From Octopus sinensis (Eukaryota), in assembly GCF_006345805.1 (NCBI RefSeq), contig NC_043022.1, positions 7,502,001-7,566,000 of the forward strand: a stretch of DNA of 64,000 nucleotides, read 5' to 3'. Numbering within the stretch: the stretch's first letter is position 1; each line of letters starts with the position of its first letter. The notes beneath the pieces are model-generated. The model did no database searches and was not told the DNA's origin. It was given only the letters and a program-made list of their open reading frames with translations. Both the position numbers and the translations under genes were made by a program. Positions 1 to 13,517 of this stretch are shown here, piece by piece.

Positions 1-268
1 GACGAGCTTCGTTCAGTTTCTTATTTCTTTACTGCCCACAAGGGGCTACACATAGAAGGGACAAACAAGGACAGACAAACGGACTAAGTCGATTATATCG
101 ACCCCAGTGTGTAACGGCAGAGGAAATATCGCTAAGCATTTCGCCGCCTCTTTCAGTTTCTGTCTATCAAATCCATTCCCAAGTCTTTGGTCGGTCCGAG
201 ACTATAGTAGAAGACACACAATGGGAATGAACCCGAAACCATGTGGTTGAAACGTAAGCCATATTATA

Positions 269-653
269 TCTCTCTATATATAAACGGCAGTTTGTCTGTC
301 TGCGTGTCTGTGTGTCTGTTAGGTTGTACCCTCACCCTGACCACGGCTTTCAACCGATTCTGATGAAACTTGACACACACATAGCCCAATGTCATAATTC
401 AAAACTAACGCGGCGAAAATTTTGAAAAGTTCCCCCAGTTCTGAAAAAGATCGATAAATTCGACAAGGGGTCGACAATCAGAAACACAAACCACAGATGG
501 TCTAGGGGACGCAACTCGACCTTTTTAACTATCAAAAAAAATTTACCATAATTTTTTTTCCCATTTTTTTGCTATTTTTTGCCTATAACTCTCTAAAAAT
601 GCTTTATAGTTATTTCCCTTACAAACCTGAGCAACGCCGGGCGATACTGCTAG
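269..653 (+). mobile_element. Non-autonomous Helitron
   Basis: Starts TC after A. Ends GAGCAACGCCGGGCGATACTG-CTAG before T, with no TSD. Nearly identical to 21437-21823. Confidence 0.85.
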
Positions 654-1080
654 TATAATATAAATCTCTTATTATAAAAGGCAGATTTTATCTGCCTCCC
701 TTTGGGAGTTATACAAATCTACAATATAGGATTTCTTCAATTACAATTTACCTAGCATTTTTAAGAGTACAATGCATCGCGTCATGCCAGGTCCAGTTTT
801 TAAAATTTAAACTCCAATTAAGCAAAATTTACAGAAAACTCACATTCTGGTGTGTGTGTCAAATGCTTCTTAGTCTGGTTTACACCACACGCAAACGCAC
901 ACACACACTGTGTAACGAATAAAGTGAAACTAGATGTATATTTGTTTCTGTCTATCACGCTGATAGATACATGAAGTAAAATGTATGGGAAGCTAACAAA
1001 TAAGAGTGATGTGAAAATGTTCTTGGAAGAGAGTAAATAGCGACAGAGTGATTTGAGGAAGACTTTACATTAAATAACCG

Positions 1081-1139
1081 TAGTGGCTTCTGTTAGTAAT
1101 AAAGTAAACATACACTCATACATACATACATACATACAT

Positions 1140-1176
<37 letters not shown>

Positions 1177-1660
1177 ACATACATAACACACACACACATA
1201 CATACATACACACATACATACATACATACATATTACATACATACATACATATACTACATACATACACACACACACATACATACATACAACACACATACAT
1301 ACATATATACATACATACATAAACATAAATATACATACATACATACATATACAATACATACACCCACACACACACACACACACAGTATTGAAGCTTGAGA
1401 ACAATCAGATACATTTGCAACACATCTGTTGAAAATATTATTGTTCACACACATACATATACATATATACATACAGACAGACAGACAGTAGACACACACA
1501 CACACATGATCCAGCATGGCCACAACCTCAGGAAAAACATATAAAAGAATACAGAATATAAAGTGTGCATGTGTGAGAGAGAGAGAGAGTGTATGTGTAT
1601 ATGTATGTATGTAGGTATGTATGTTGTATGTATGTATATATATACAATAATGCGGTTTTT
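1081..1660. repeat. Compound (CATA)n/(CA)n/(TATG)n microsatellite block
   Basis: Direct inspection; source of spurious HTYI/MYVC ORFs. Confidence 0.95.
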
Positions 1661-2250
1661 TCAACAGCTTGAACTAAAAGTCAGAGGGGAATGGGATAAA
1701 CTACTTATATTAACTTGCTATAAAAGCAGGTAGTAATTTTATCTTGTCCTTATTCATAGTGCAAGTTTGAAGAGTGCATTCGATTTTAACAGCTATTTTT
1801 TTCAAAGCTATGTTGGAAGTAACAAAGGAGCATATTTGGCATATTTTTCTTTATGAGTTCAATAAAGACAACAACGCAACGGAAAGTACAAGAAATATAA
1901 TGCAGTATATGGGGATTGGACAATAAAGCGTAAGGCAGTGTTCAATGGTGGTTCCAGAAATTCCGAGCCATAAACTACAGCCTAGAAGACGAGCCTCATC
2001 CTGAAAGATCTGTAGAACTCGACAAGGACATCCTGAAAACCCTGGTGGAACAAAATCTCATCGTAACTGTTGAGGAACTAGCAGAGAAGCTTGGATTTGG
2101 TCATTCAACCATTCATTGAGACCTGTGTGCTATCGGAAAAGTCAGCAAATTGGGTCAATGGGTTCCTCACGAACTTTCCGAGTCTAATTGCATGCAGAGA
2201 GTGAATGTATGCTTTTCTTTGCTGTCACATCTCACACTACTGCGCTATGT
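1646..2250 (+). mobile_element. Decayed mariner (Tc1/mariner) transposon, 5' half
   Basis: From ATG 1810, with frameshifts: MLEVTKEHIWHIFLYEFNK...WWFQKFRA...SLEDEP...TVEELAEKLGFGHSTI...KLGQWVPHEL. WVPHEL (2159-2176) is the mariner signature. TIR remnant AATAATGCGGTTTTTT is shared with 59281. Truncated at the Helitron starting 2254. Confidence 0.9.
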
Positions 2251-2253
2251 ATA

Positions 2254-2887
2254 TCTATATATATAAAACTGTAGTTGTGGAGTGTCTGTCCCCTTCGATT
2301 TAGATTCCTAACTACTCCCACATTTTGCGGTGCAGTTTAACCAAATTCAGGTAGCTTATAGTCGTGATTCATATCGAGCCCGTCTGAGTATTAGCGCGCG
2401 TCTACGATGAGTCTACGATTTTAAAAATAATTTAACATCATTTTTATTCCATTGTAATGCATAATTTTTCGTGTGTCGATGGCGGTGGAGTGGCGTCCAC
2501 GCTCACACCTGCACCTGTGGGGAAGGGAGTGTAAGGAATCAACGTCGTATAATGCGTTGTCAAGGAGACCAGCGTTCTTTTAGAACAACGACTTCATGGC
2601 TTGAAGACACCAAAACAGAAATGGCTAATAAGTGTCTACATGAGTCTACGATTTAAAAAAAAATTTACCATCGTTTTTTTTCCATTTTTAATGCATTTTT
2701 TCGCTATTATATAAGGAAGTAACTCTCTAAAAATGTCTACGATGAGTCAACGATTTAAAAAAAAATTTACCATCATATTTTTTCCATTTTTAATGCATTT
2801 TTTGCTATTTTTTGGCTATAACTCTCTAAAAATGCTTATATAGTTATTTCCCTTACAAACCCGAGCAACGCCGGGCGATACTGCTAG
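2254..2887 (+). mobile_element. Non-autonomous Helitron (second subfamily)
   Basis: A|TC start. Same 3' end CCCGAGCAACGCCGGGCGATACTGCTAG|T as 269-653. Internal repeats of CTACGATGAGTC(T/A)ACGATTT. Confidence 0.85.
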
Positions 2888-2954
2888 TAATATATAAATA
2901 TATGCATATACTTACATATATGTACATACTTACATATATATGTATATATACACG

Positions 2955-3135
2955 CTTACATGGGTACAGGACATCAAAAAAACGTTGGACACAATGAGAA
3001 ACGAAAACATAAAAACAAAAACATAGAAACGAACTTTTTTTCAAACAACGGAAAAAATACAGAGAAACGAGACATACAACATAAAGAATATTCCCCTTCT
3101 TCAGTCGTCCCTGTTTCAACTACTCCGCATTGTTG
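2955..3135 (-). mobile_element. Interspersed repeat fragment, possibly Penelope-like terminal repeat
   Basis: Minus strand CTGAAGAAGGGGAATATTCTTTATGTT is homologous to plus-strand CTGATGAAGGGTCGTTCTTTATGTT at 41770. The family assignment is inference. Confidence 0.4.
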
Positions 3136-3477
3136 AAGGTAATATACATATATATATAGGTATGTACATATATGTATATATTTATATATTATTTATATTA
3201 TTATGTGATCGAACGTCACGCATCCTTTTCCATGTTATATATAAATACATTTTAAAAATTAAAACTAAATGTGAGACTTGTGCTTTACGCTTGGTCGATT
3301 ACCAGACGAATAAGTTCCGCCTCGTGTTCGCCCTAGTGAGGAACTCTAGTTACGGAAGGAGCTCACAACTTCTGTTTTAGATAAAAATAAAAGTGTATGA
3401 TCTACCACATGTATTGAGCACTCTTCATTCATTCGATAGTAATGACATAGGTATGTGCACACACATGCATGTGTGGC

Positions 3478-3620
3478 TCTCCGTCGGTTACGACGACGAG
3501 GGTTCCAGTTGATCCGTTCAACGGAACAGCCTGACCGTGAAAATTAACGCACATGTGGGAGAGCACTTTACAAACATGTGGAGCCTTAATGTAATTATCA
3601 GAACGATTCAGCGTCACACA
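3478..3620 (-). mobile_element. SINE family C, 3' portion
   Basis: CTCCGTCGGTTACGACGACGAGGGTTCC... matches 14535-14640. Confidence 0.8.
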
Positions 3621-3889
3621 ACGCATCACCGCTTCCGGGTTCAATCCTACTGCGTGGCACCTTGGGCAAGTGTCTTGTATTATAACCTCGGGCCGACAAA
3701 AAAAACACGATCTGAGTGAATTTGGTTGACGGAAACTAAAAGAAGCTCGTCTCAACCAGAAAGAGCGGTTTCGCTCATCGCATGTCTTTGTCCCTTGTTC
3801 ACCAATATCTTCTCATCTTCTCCCAGTAGATACCCTTTGGCCTGTCAGAGTGTCCGTAAGTCTGTTTGTATGTCTGCCTATCTGCTTGC

Positions 3890-3962
<73 letters not shown>

Positions 3963-4389
3963 AAGTACCACTTGAAAAGGAGGATGAGAATAGAGAGGAA
4001 GGCTTTGTCGAACGAATGTTTTTAATAAAAAGTGGGTAAAAGTGGCAAAAATGGTCAGTATGAAAGACGACACTATTTTAAGCGTAAATCTGTGACCAAA
4101 AGAGACAACGAGAGGTAAGGCGACTTACTCGTGTTCATTTTCGAACTGTCTGAGGTGAGAGTGGTCTTTTTTGTAGGTTTTTCTTTCCAGGGCTACACCT
4201 AAACTGTGAAAATTATTTATATATATATATTATATTTTTATACACCACACAACCCACAGATCCCTATTGATCGAACCTTTCTTTTTCTATGTATGTCCCA
4301 CCCATCCCACCTCGAAAAGAAAAAAACTCTACATTGTATTTCGTCCATTTTTATTCTGTGTTTAGCCCTGTGTGGCCACAAATAAAAGG
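3963..4389 (+). mobile_element. Tx1-like (L1 clade) LINE 3' end inside (TATC)n
   Basis: KYHLKRRMRIERKALSNECF(fs)NKKWVKVAKMVSMKDDTILSVNL* resembles Tx1-type ORF2 C-termini. The 3' UTR ends GCCCTGTGTGGCCACAAATAAAAGG and (TATC)n lies on both sides. Confidence 0.65.
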
Positions 4390-4421
<32 letters not shown>

Positions 4422-4455
4422 ATCTACTATCTATCTATAATCTCCTATCTATTAT

Positions 4456-4487
<32 letters not shown>

Positions 4488-5399
4488 GATATAATATATC
4501 TACTTCTCTCTCTCTTCTCTCTCTCTATATATCTATCATTCTTATGCACCAGTCTCACCCGTGTATCTTCTGTGTCTATCTTATCTGCCTTATCTATCCC
4601 TCTATCCATCTATCCATCTATCAGTCTGTCTGTCTGTCTGTGTATATGTCTCTCACCCTGTCTGTCTGTGCGTCTGTGTAACTATTTTACTATTTCACGT
4701 CACATCTGTTCGCTGTAGGAGCTCTTCCTTAACAAAACCTTTTGTAAAGACACTTAAAGATTCCGCCGGCAGGGGCCTCCACTTATTCAACAGACTCACA
4801 CGTGTGTTCTCACACATGATCATTACACACACGCGCCCGCCCGCACACACACACACACACACACACACTCGCAAACAATTATTTATACGCTATACACATA
4901 TATACACACACATATCCTCATGCATACGTACGCAAACAAGCATACGTGCATGTACGAGTATATAGGGATAGAGAAAAGGCGCGTATTTTGCGTATACGTA
5001 GGTATGTATGTATTAATGTATGTATAAATATGTATGAATTTATATATGTATGAATATGTATATACATATATACAGAGAGAGATAGAAGAGTGAAAGAGAA
5101 AGAGAGGAACGTATATATATATACATACATACATGCATATATATATATACATACATACACACACAGACATATATATATGTACATATAAACATAGAGACAG
5201 AGAGAGAGAAAGAGGGGGAGTGTGACCATGGATATATGCATACACACATACATAAACAAAGGCTGGTGTGTGTGAGTGTGTATCTTCATTGCATACGTTT
5301 ATACACTCGTGTGAAGACAATGTCGTCAGAATTACAAGAGCTGTTTGAAAATGTAACAGATTTGTTGTTATGGAAGACATTTGCCAGACATTTGCCAGT

Positions 5400-6030
5400 C
5401 ACATATAAGCAAGACACACACACACATGCACACACACACACGCACGCACGCACGCACACACACGCAACACACACACACTCCTCTATATACACACACATAT
5501 ACTCACACACACACACACACGCACACACACACACACTCCTCTATATACACACACATATACTCACACACACACAAACACACACACACACGCACGCACACAC
5601 ACACAACACACACACACACTCCTCTATATACACACACATATATTCACACACACACACACACACGCACACACGCACACACACACAACACACACACACACTC
5701 CTCTATATACACACACATATACTCACACACACACATACACACACACACACACATCACGCACACACACGCAACACACTCCTCTATATACACACACATATAC
5801 TCACACACACACACACACGCACGCACACACACACAACACACACACACACTCCTCTATATACACACACATATACTCACACACACACACACGCACACAACAC
5901 ACACACACACTCCTCTATATACACACACATATACTCACACACACACACACACGCACGCACGCAAACACACTCAACACACACACACACACTCCTCTATATA
6001 CACACACATATACTCACACACACCACTCCC
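5400..6030. repeat. Minisatellite: CACACTCCTCTATATACACACACATATACTCAC module with variable (CA)n spacers
   Basis: About 9 copies of the module seen directly. Confidence 0.9.
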
Positions 6031-6129
6031 TGTATTTACATGAATATACGCATGCGTGCGCTCTAAATTAGGCGCTTTCTCTGCAATGCACGTCAGCAAA
6101 TTCATACACGAGGTTGCGCACAGACTTCC

Positions 6130-6690
6130 ATGACAACCTCGTACACGTACGCACGTTTCTTAGCGTGCAAATACATATAAAGATACGCACACACGCACAC
6201 ACACACACACGCAGGCACGCAAGCACGCATGCACGCATGCACACACACGCACGCATGCACACAAGCACGTACACACACGCACGCACACATATACACGCAC
6301 GCATGCACACACGCACACAAACCTACGAATCCACACACACACTCGCACGAACACATGCATGCACGCACCCACACACACAAATATACGCATCCACACACAC
6401 ACACACACACACACACACATGCATGCTCGCACGCACGCACGCACACACACTCTCACACACACGCATGCACAGACACACACGCACGCAGGCACACTCGCAC
6501 TCACTCACAGGCACGCACGCACACACTCACACACACATACACACTCATACACGCACACGCATGCACGCATGCACACACACACGCATGCACGCAAACACAC
6601 ACACACACTCACACACACACAAGCACGCACACACACACACTCACACGCGCGCGCATACACAGACACACTCACAAATACACGCATGTACAA
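6130..6690. repeat. (CA)n/(CACG)n compound microsatellite
   Basis: Direct inspection. Confidence 0.9.
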
Positions 6691-6919
6691 TAAACCGCAT
6701 ATCTTTTATCTTTGAGCTGTTTCAGCCATTTGAGTGCGGCCATGCTGTGGCATCTCCCTTGATAAAGTTTTCAGCCGAATGAATCGAACCCAGCACTTAC
6801 ATTTTAAAGCCTAGTACTTACTCTATCGATCCCTTTTTGCCGAACTGCTCTGTTACAAGGACGTAAACAAAACAACATCGGTTATGAAGCGGTGGTGGGG
6901 GACAAACGCAAACGCAGAT

Positions 6920-6950
<31 letters not shown>

Positions 6951-7045
6951 TATGTATGTATATATGTATGTAAGTACGTACGTATATATATATATATATA
7001 CACACACACACATGTATGTATGTATATATGTATGGAAGTACGTAC

Positions 7046-7088
<43 letters not shown>

Positions 7089-7187
7089 CACACATGTATG
7101 TATGTATATATGTATGTAAGTACGTACGTATATATATACACGATCCCTAATGATCGTTTTTTTCTTCCTTTATTTCGATCCCTTTTG

Positions 7188-7468
7188 ATGAGTTCGATTT
7201 CCGGTCTGGGCTGTATGTTGTGTTCTTGAGCAAGGCACTTCATTTCACATTCCTTCAGTTCATTCACCTGTAGAAATGAGTTGTGATGTCACAGGTGCCA
7301 AGCTGTATCGGCCTTTACCTTTTCCCTCGGATAACATCAGTGGTATGGTTAAGGGAAACTGGTAGGCATAGGCGAATGCTGGTCTTTAATTAACAACCTT
7401 GCCTCGGAGGGTAACTTTCTAGGTGCAATCTCTTGGTCATTCATGACCGAAGGGGGTCTTTTACCCTC
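7188..7468 (+). mobile_element. SINE family D (tRNA head plus CORE-like domain)
   Basis: B-box GAGTTCGATTTCC followed by CORE-like GTGTTCTTGAGCAAGGCACTT. Homologous head on the minus strand at 17445-17547. Confidence 0.65.
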
Positions 7469-7694
7469 TATTCTTTATGAGTCAAGGAGGATTTTTGGTT
7501 GGCCTTTTACATCATTAGGTCAATAGTGTTGCAGAAAAAAGTAACTTAGCCACTTCTGCTGCACCTGGGGCTGTTCCCAAAAGCCAATACCACATCCCAC
7601 CTCACCACTCAGGGATAAGCGATAAAAGAAAGACAAACCAATACGTTTGAAAGGGACGTCTGAGCAGTCATAAGGGATGTGAAATATTGAAGAA

Positions 7695-8416
7695 GCTTGC
7701 TTCCAAAGCAAATGGTTCCGGACTCACTCCCACTGCATGGAACATTGGGCAAGTGTCTTCTACAAAAGCATCGGCCCGACCATAGGCTTGTGAGTGGATT
7801 TGGTAGGCGGAAACTGAAAGAAGCCCATCGTATATATATATATAATGTATGTATATATGTATGTATATATGTATATATATCTTTATATATATATATATAT
7901 ATATATAACATAAGGGACGTTAGCCATCCGAATATGGCTAGGGACAGGGCAGGGCGGTGGGGGTGTTACTGATGCATTTAGCCCCAGGCGATCATCAACG
8001 TCACCAGAAGGGCTGACGCCATCACGGCGTCCTCCAGCCTGCAAAGGGAGATCATTCCCCGAAGAAGCGAATGCCACATACGGACCTAGGTTTCAAGGTG
8101 TTTGTCTAACACCTTGAAACCTGGGTCCGTATGTGGCATCCGTTTCTTCGGGTAATGATCTCCCATTGCAGGCTAGAGGACGCCGTGATGGCGTCAGCCC
8201 TTCTGGTGACGTTGATGATCGCCTGGGGCTAAATGCATCAGTAACACCCCCACCGCCCTGCCCTGTCCCTAGCCATATTCGGATGGCTAACGTCCCTTAT
8301 GTTATGGAGCAGTTACTGTATATACCTCGTTTAGAGAATTATTATTGCTATATATATATATATATATATATAATGTATGTATATATGTATGTATGTATAT
8401 ATCTTATTATATATAT

Positions 8417-8460
<44 letters not shown>

Positions 8461-8655
8461 GTATATATATATATATATATATAATATATATATTATATAT
8501 GTATGTATATATATATGTGTGTGTGTGTGTGTGCGCGTCTTTGTGTCTGTATAAAGAAATACTGGGTAGGGATTCAGGATTCATTCGACTAAAAATTCAA
8601 GAGGTGCCCCAGCATGGCCACAGTCTAATAAGTAAAACAAGTAAAAGATAAAAGG
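7695..8655 (+). mobile_element. SINE family A copy split by internal (TA)n expansion and a foldback insertion
   Basis: 5' part (GCTTGCTTCC...TTGGGCAAGTGTCTTC...AAGCCCATCG) ends at ~7835. The tail (...CAGCATGGCCACAGTC...AAACAAGTAAAAG) resumes at ~8530. Confidence 0.7.
7908..8302. mobile_element. Foldback/MITE element with ~197-bp inverted arms and TA TSD
   Basis: 7906-8102 is the reverse complement of 8108-8304 with few mismatches and a 5-nt loop (TGTCT). Flanked by TA inside (TA)n. Confidence 0.85.
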
Positions 8656-8754
8656 TAAGGGCCCCTGCATCGATCCTGGCTACCCCTTTTCATTCACGAA
8701 GATCGGATTGCGTTGAATCTAGGCTCTGACACATGAGATTTTCCCCTCCAGACA

Positions 8755-8816
<62 letters not shown>

Positions 8817-9084
8817 ACACACACACACAGACACGCACACACACACGTGTGTACACTATCCAAAAGACACGGCAAAGTTTCTTCTAGTATTAGTAGCACC
8901 GCACCACCACCTCTGCTACTACCACCACGGCCGTCGCCGCCGCCACCACAAGATTATTGCCGCTGCCGCGGTCGACATCCCTCCACCCACCATGGAGATG
9001 ATGTCTGGCAAAACCATCACACCCCTACCAAGTCCCACCACCACCACCACGAATCGGTCTGGGAGTCTGTCTGAAAGTATCTTT

Positions 9085-9570
<486 letters not shown>

Positions 9571-9640
9571 CTGTTTTACTAACACACCTCATGAACATCA
9601 ACACTATAACCACCACTACCACACACCATCACCACCACCA

Positions 9641-9685
<45 letters not shown>

Positions 9686-9877
9686 ATTATTATATATAAT
9701 ATACATATAATATATATATACACAAAACCAACCCGATACGTGTAAGTATGCATATATATATATCCCTTTACGTACATATACGCGCGTATTTGTATATTTA
9801 TATATATATATATATGTAAATGTATGTGTACGTACATACACGTTTTGTGCGTGCGTGTGTTTGTCTGTATGTGTATT

Positions 9878-9938
<61 letters not shown>

Positions 9939-10606
9939 ATGTGTGTGTGCGTGTGTGTGTGTGTGTGTTTCTGTGTTGAAGGTGTACTACTGCACTCAGC
10001 ATCGTACATGTAATAACAGCCTCCATCTGGAAATTCGGTTTCGCCAACAGATGCAATTGTTTTCCTATAACCCAAGAGTCTCAGATGAATTACATTATAA
10101 GCTTTCACACAAAACTCATTAGCTACGACTGTGTGAAACACTGCTAAAGGAACCTCTCTGTTTTCCTGTCTGTCTGTCTGTCCGTCTAACTGCCTATATG
10201 CCGGCTTGTCTGTCTGAATGTCTGCCTGCCTCTCTGTCTATCTATCAGCCTGTCTGTCTATATGCATGTCCGCCTGCCCGCCTGCCTGTCTATCTGCCTG
10301 TCTCTCTATCTGCATGTTCGTCTGTCCGCCTGTCTGTCTGTCTACCTGTTTGAGTCTGTCTATCTGACAGTCTTTCTGTCTACCTGTCTGTCTACATTCC
10401 AGTCTGTCTATCTACCTGTCTGTCTACCTACCAGTCTGTCTATCTACCTGTCTGTCTATCTACCTGTCTGTCTATCTGCCTGTCTGTCTATCTGCATGTC
10501 CGCCTGTCTGTCTGTCTGTCTGTGCAATTGAGTGTTTATCTTCCTGTCTGCCTGTCTGCCTTACCACACAGCCACTTCTACGCCTATATATATATATATA
10601 TAGACA

Positions 10607-10790
10607 CAATTAAGGGCTTCTAAATTAGGATGCCGAGTGTTGGGAACACAAAGGGGATGAATTTATCGTCCGAGACTGATCAGTCCGAGATGTAAAGTTA
10701 TCGGTAAACGTTTTTGGTTTTCACATTTTGATAAATTCATCCCCTTTGTGTTCCCAGCACTCGGCATCCTAATTTAGAAGCCCTTAATTG
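10607..10790. mobile_element. MITE with ~60-bp TIRs
   Basis: CAATTAAGGGCTTCTAAATTAGGATGCCGAGTG...GGGGATGAATTTATC is inverted at 10730-10790. Confidence 0.85.
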
Positions 10791-11004
10791 TATTTCTACA
10801 TGAACAATATTTTTCTATATGAATAATATTTTGTCTAACGACTAATTCGTCTTTTGTTCTGGGCACCTGGTAGTAACCAATATTACTACCCTTCTTGTTT
10901 ATATTCGCATATATATATATATATATATATTACCTCGGTCAAACCTCTATGCCGAACCTCTAAGTTACAGGAGTGTTGGACAAGTAGAAGCAAACACACA
11001 CACA

Positions 11005-11043
<39 letters not shown>

Positions 11044-11049
11044 AAACAC

Positions 11050-11084
<35 letters not shown>

Positions 11085-11103
11085 AAACACACACACACCA
11101 CAC

Positions 11104-11134
<31 letters not shown>

Positions 11135-11294
11135 GACAGACACACAAACACAAATACACATACACAGAAACGACAAGTTCTTTCAGGCTCTGTCTATAAA
11201 ACCGACTCACAAAACTATAGCGGAAAACACTTGTCTAAAGTACCGCGCAATGGGACTGAACCCGTGACCATATGGCTGGGAAGCAAACATTGTA

Positions 11295-11648
11295 CTGTAC
11301 GGTGACGCTTGTGCAGCCTTAGACCGTATCATCGTACAGCTGTCCCACGTGACAGAAAGTTCATTACACGCTTATACGCCATCTTTGTAGGAAGACACGC
11401 TTATACGCCATCTTTGTAGGAAGACGTGTACGTTCTGCGCTAGACAGAAAAAGGCATTTGAACGTCTGAAAATCAGACAAGACAAACAACACTATCTCAC
11501 TTGAGATGAGATGTATTTACAACGTTTGTAGTGCAAATTCCAAACAGCTCGCGGGCCTCAAAAGTCACTTACGTGCGCCTGCGCGGCAAGAGCAGATCTG
11601 AAAATAAGTGGTCAAGCCTTGAATATGAGCAGACTACTTCTTTGTAAG
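11295..11648 (+). mobile_element. RTE-clade LINE 3' end
   Basis: ...ARQKKAFERLKIRQDKQ... followed by a degenerate C2H2 finger CIYNVCSANSKQLAGLKSHLRA...*. A C-terminal zinc finger is typical of RTE ORFs. Followed by a (TATG/AATG)n tail. Confidence 0.6.
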
Positions 11649-12262
11649 TATGAATGAATGTATGTATGTATGTATGTATGTATGTATGCATATATGTATG
11701 TATGTATGCATGTATGTTTGTATGGATGTATGCATGTATGTATGAATGTATGCATGTATGCATGTATGCATGTATGCATGTACGTATGCATGTATGCATG
11801 TTTGTATGTATGTATGTATGTATGCATGTATGTTTGTATGCATGTATGTATGAATGAATGTATGAATGAATGTATGAATGAATGAATGAATGTATGTATG
11901 CATGTATGTATGTATGTATGTATGTATGTATGTATGTATGTATGTATGCATGTATGCATGTATGTTTGAATGTATGTATGTATGTATGTATGTATGAATG
12001 AATGAATGAATGAATGTATGTATGCATGCATGTATGTTTGCATATATGTATGTATGGATGTATGTATGCATATATGTATGTATGAATGTATGTATGCATG
12101 TATGTACATATGTACGTAAGTATTATGCATGTATGTATGTATTATGTATGTATGCATGTATGTTTGAATGTGTGTATGTATGTATGTATGCATGCATGCA
12201 TGCATGCATGTATGTATGTATGTACAAATGAATGTATGTATGTATGTATATGTACGTATGTG
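11649..12262. repeat. (TATG)n/(AATG)n/(CATG)n microsatellite
   Basis: Direct inspection. Confidence 0.95.
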
Positions 12263-12665
12263 TGTTCTGGTCCGTTTTCGATAATTTGAATTCTTCCTCC
12301 GACGAAGTAACTTGTCTCTAACAAAGATACAAAGCTCCATCATTAGAATGCTGATAACAAAAGCAATGTCACATTTTGAACTTGAGAAACGTCTTGTATA
12401 TTTTTACTGTTCCCGTCACAGATTGTATTTACGATGTACGAGTTCGCATGTTGATTTCTTTCATGAAAACCCAAACTCTTCAAGTTTGCCACTTAGACAT
12501 TTACTAACAGAAAACAGAAAATGCCCCAATTATTATTGGTATAAACGTGAATTTATGTTCTCGGTATAGAAACGGAAGGTCTCGAAAGAGTTTTCCACAG
12601 TAAACCTCCTTCTCTTTGAATTTCAAAGGAATATTCACTTCAGAAGTACAGCTGAACTTTATGAC
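12263..12665 (-). mobile_element. RLE-type non-LTR retrotransposon 3' end
   Basis: Minus strand reads FSCTSEVNIPLKFKEKEVYCGKLFRDLPFLYREHKFTFIPIIIGAF...(fs)QSVTGTVKIYKTFLKFKM*, a restriction-like endonuclease C-terminus (EK..Y..L...PIIIGA). A 3' UTR and (CATA)n follow. Confidence 0.75.
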
Positions 12666-13462
12666 TTAACATGCTTTTACTTGTCTTTTCTGCCGTAGGC
12701 ACAAGGCCCGGCATTTGTTGGGAGGGGGCCAGTCGATTAGATCATCCCCGAGGGATGAAAGGCAAAGTCGACCTCGGCGGAATTTGAACTCAGAACATAA
12801 AGACAGTCGAAATACCTATTTCGTTACAACCCACAAGAGGCTAAACACAGAGGGGACAAACAAGGACAGAAAAACCGATTAAGTCGATTTATCGACCCCC
12901 AGTGCGTAACTGGTACGTAAGGATGAAAGGCAAAGAAAAGCGTATATGTGCGGATATATGCGTGAAAGTGTGTGTATGTATGAGTGAGAATGTATGTATG
13001 TATGTATGTATGTAGGTCCGTATGTATGTATGCTACAACCACTGCCATCCTCACCACCACCACCGTCACACTCACCACCACCACCACCACCGTCACACTC
13101 ACCACCACCACCACCACCACCACCACAACCACCACCACCAGCACCACCACCACCAACAACAACAACAGCAATACCACTGCCACGCACATCTATAGCTATA
13201 TAATTACACATACATACATACATGCATACATACATACATGTATGTATGCGTGCATGCATGCCTGTATGTATGTATGTATTTAGGTATTTATACATACTTG
13301 CGTGTATGTATGTATATATTTATGTATGCATGAATGTACGTACGTATTTATTTATGTATATATGAATGTACGTATGTATCTATATAGTCATTCTTACGCA
13401 TGCATCTATGTGTATATCTATACAGGCATGTATGAATATACGTATGCATGTACGCATGTAAG

Positions 13463-13517
<55 letters not shown>

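Noticed and set aside
665-1070. Second Helitron-like 5' end TCTCTTATTATAAAAGGCAG
   Set aside because: No matching hairpin+CTAG 3' end found, so boundaries are unsupported.
7883-8300. Identical peptides on both strands (GNDLPLQA...RMANVPYV)
   Set aside because: A consequence of the inverted repeat, not evidence of coding.
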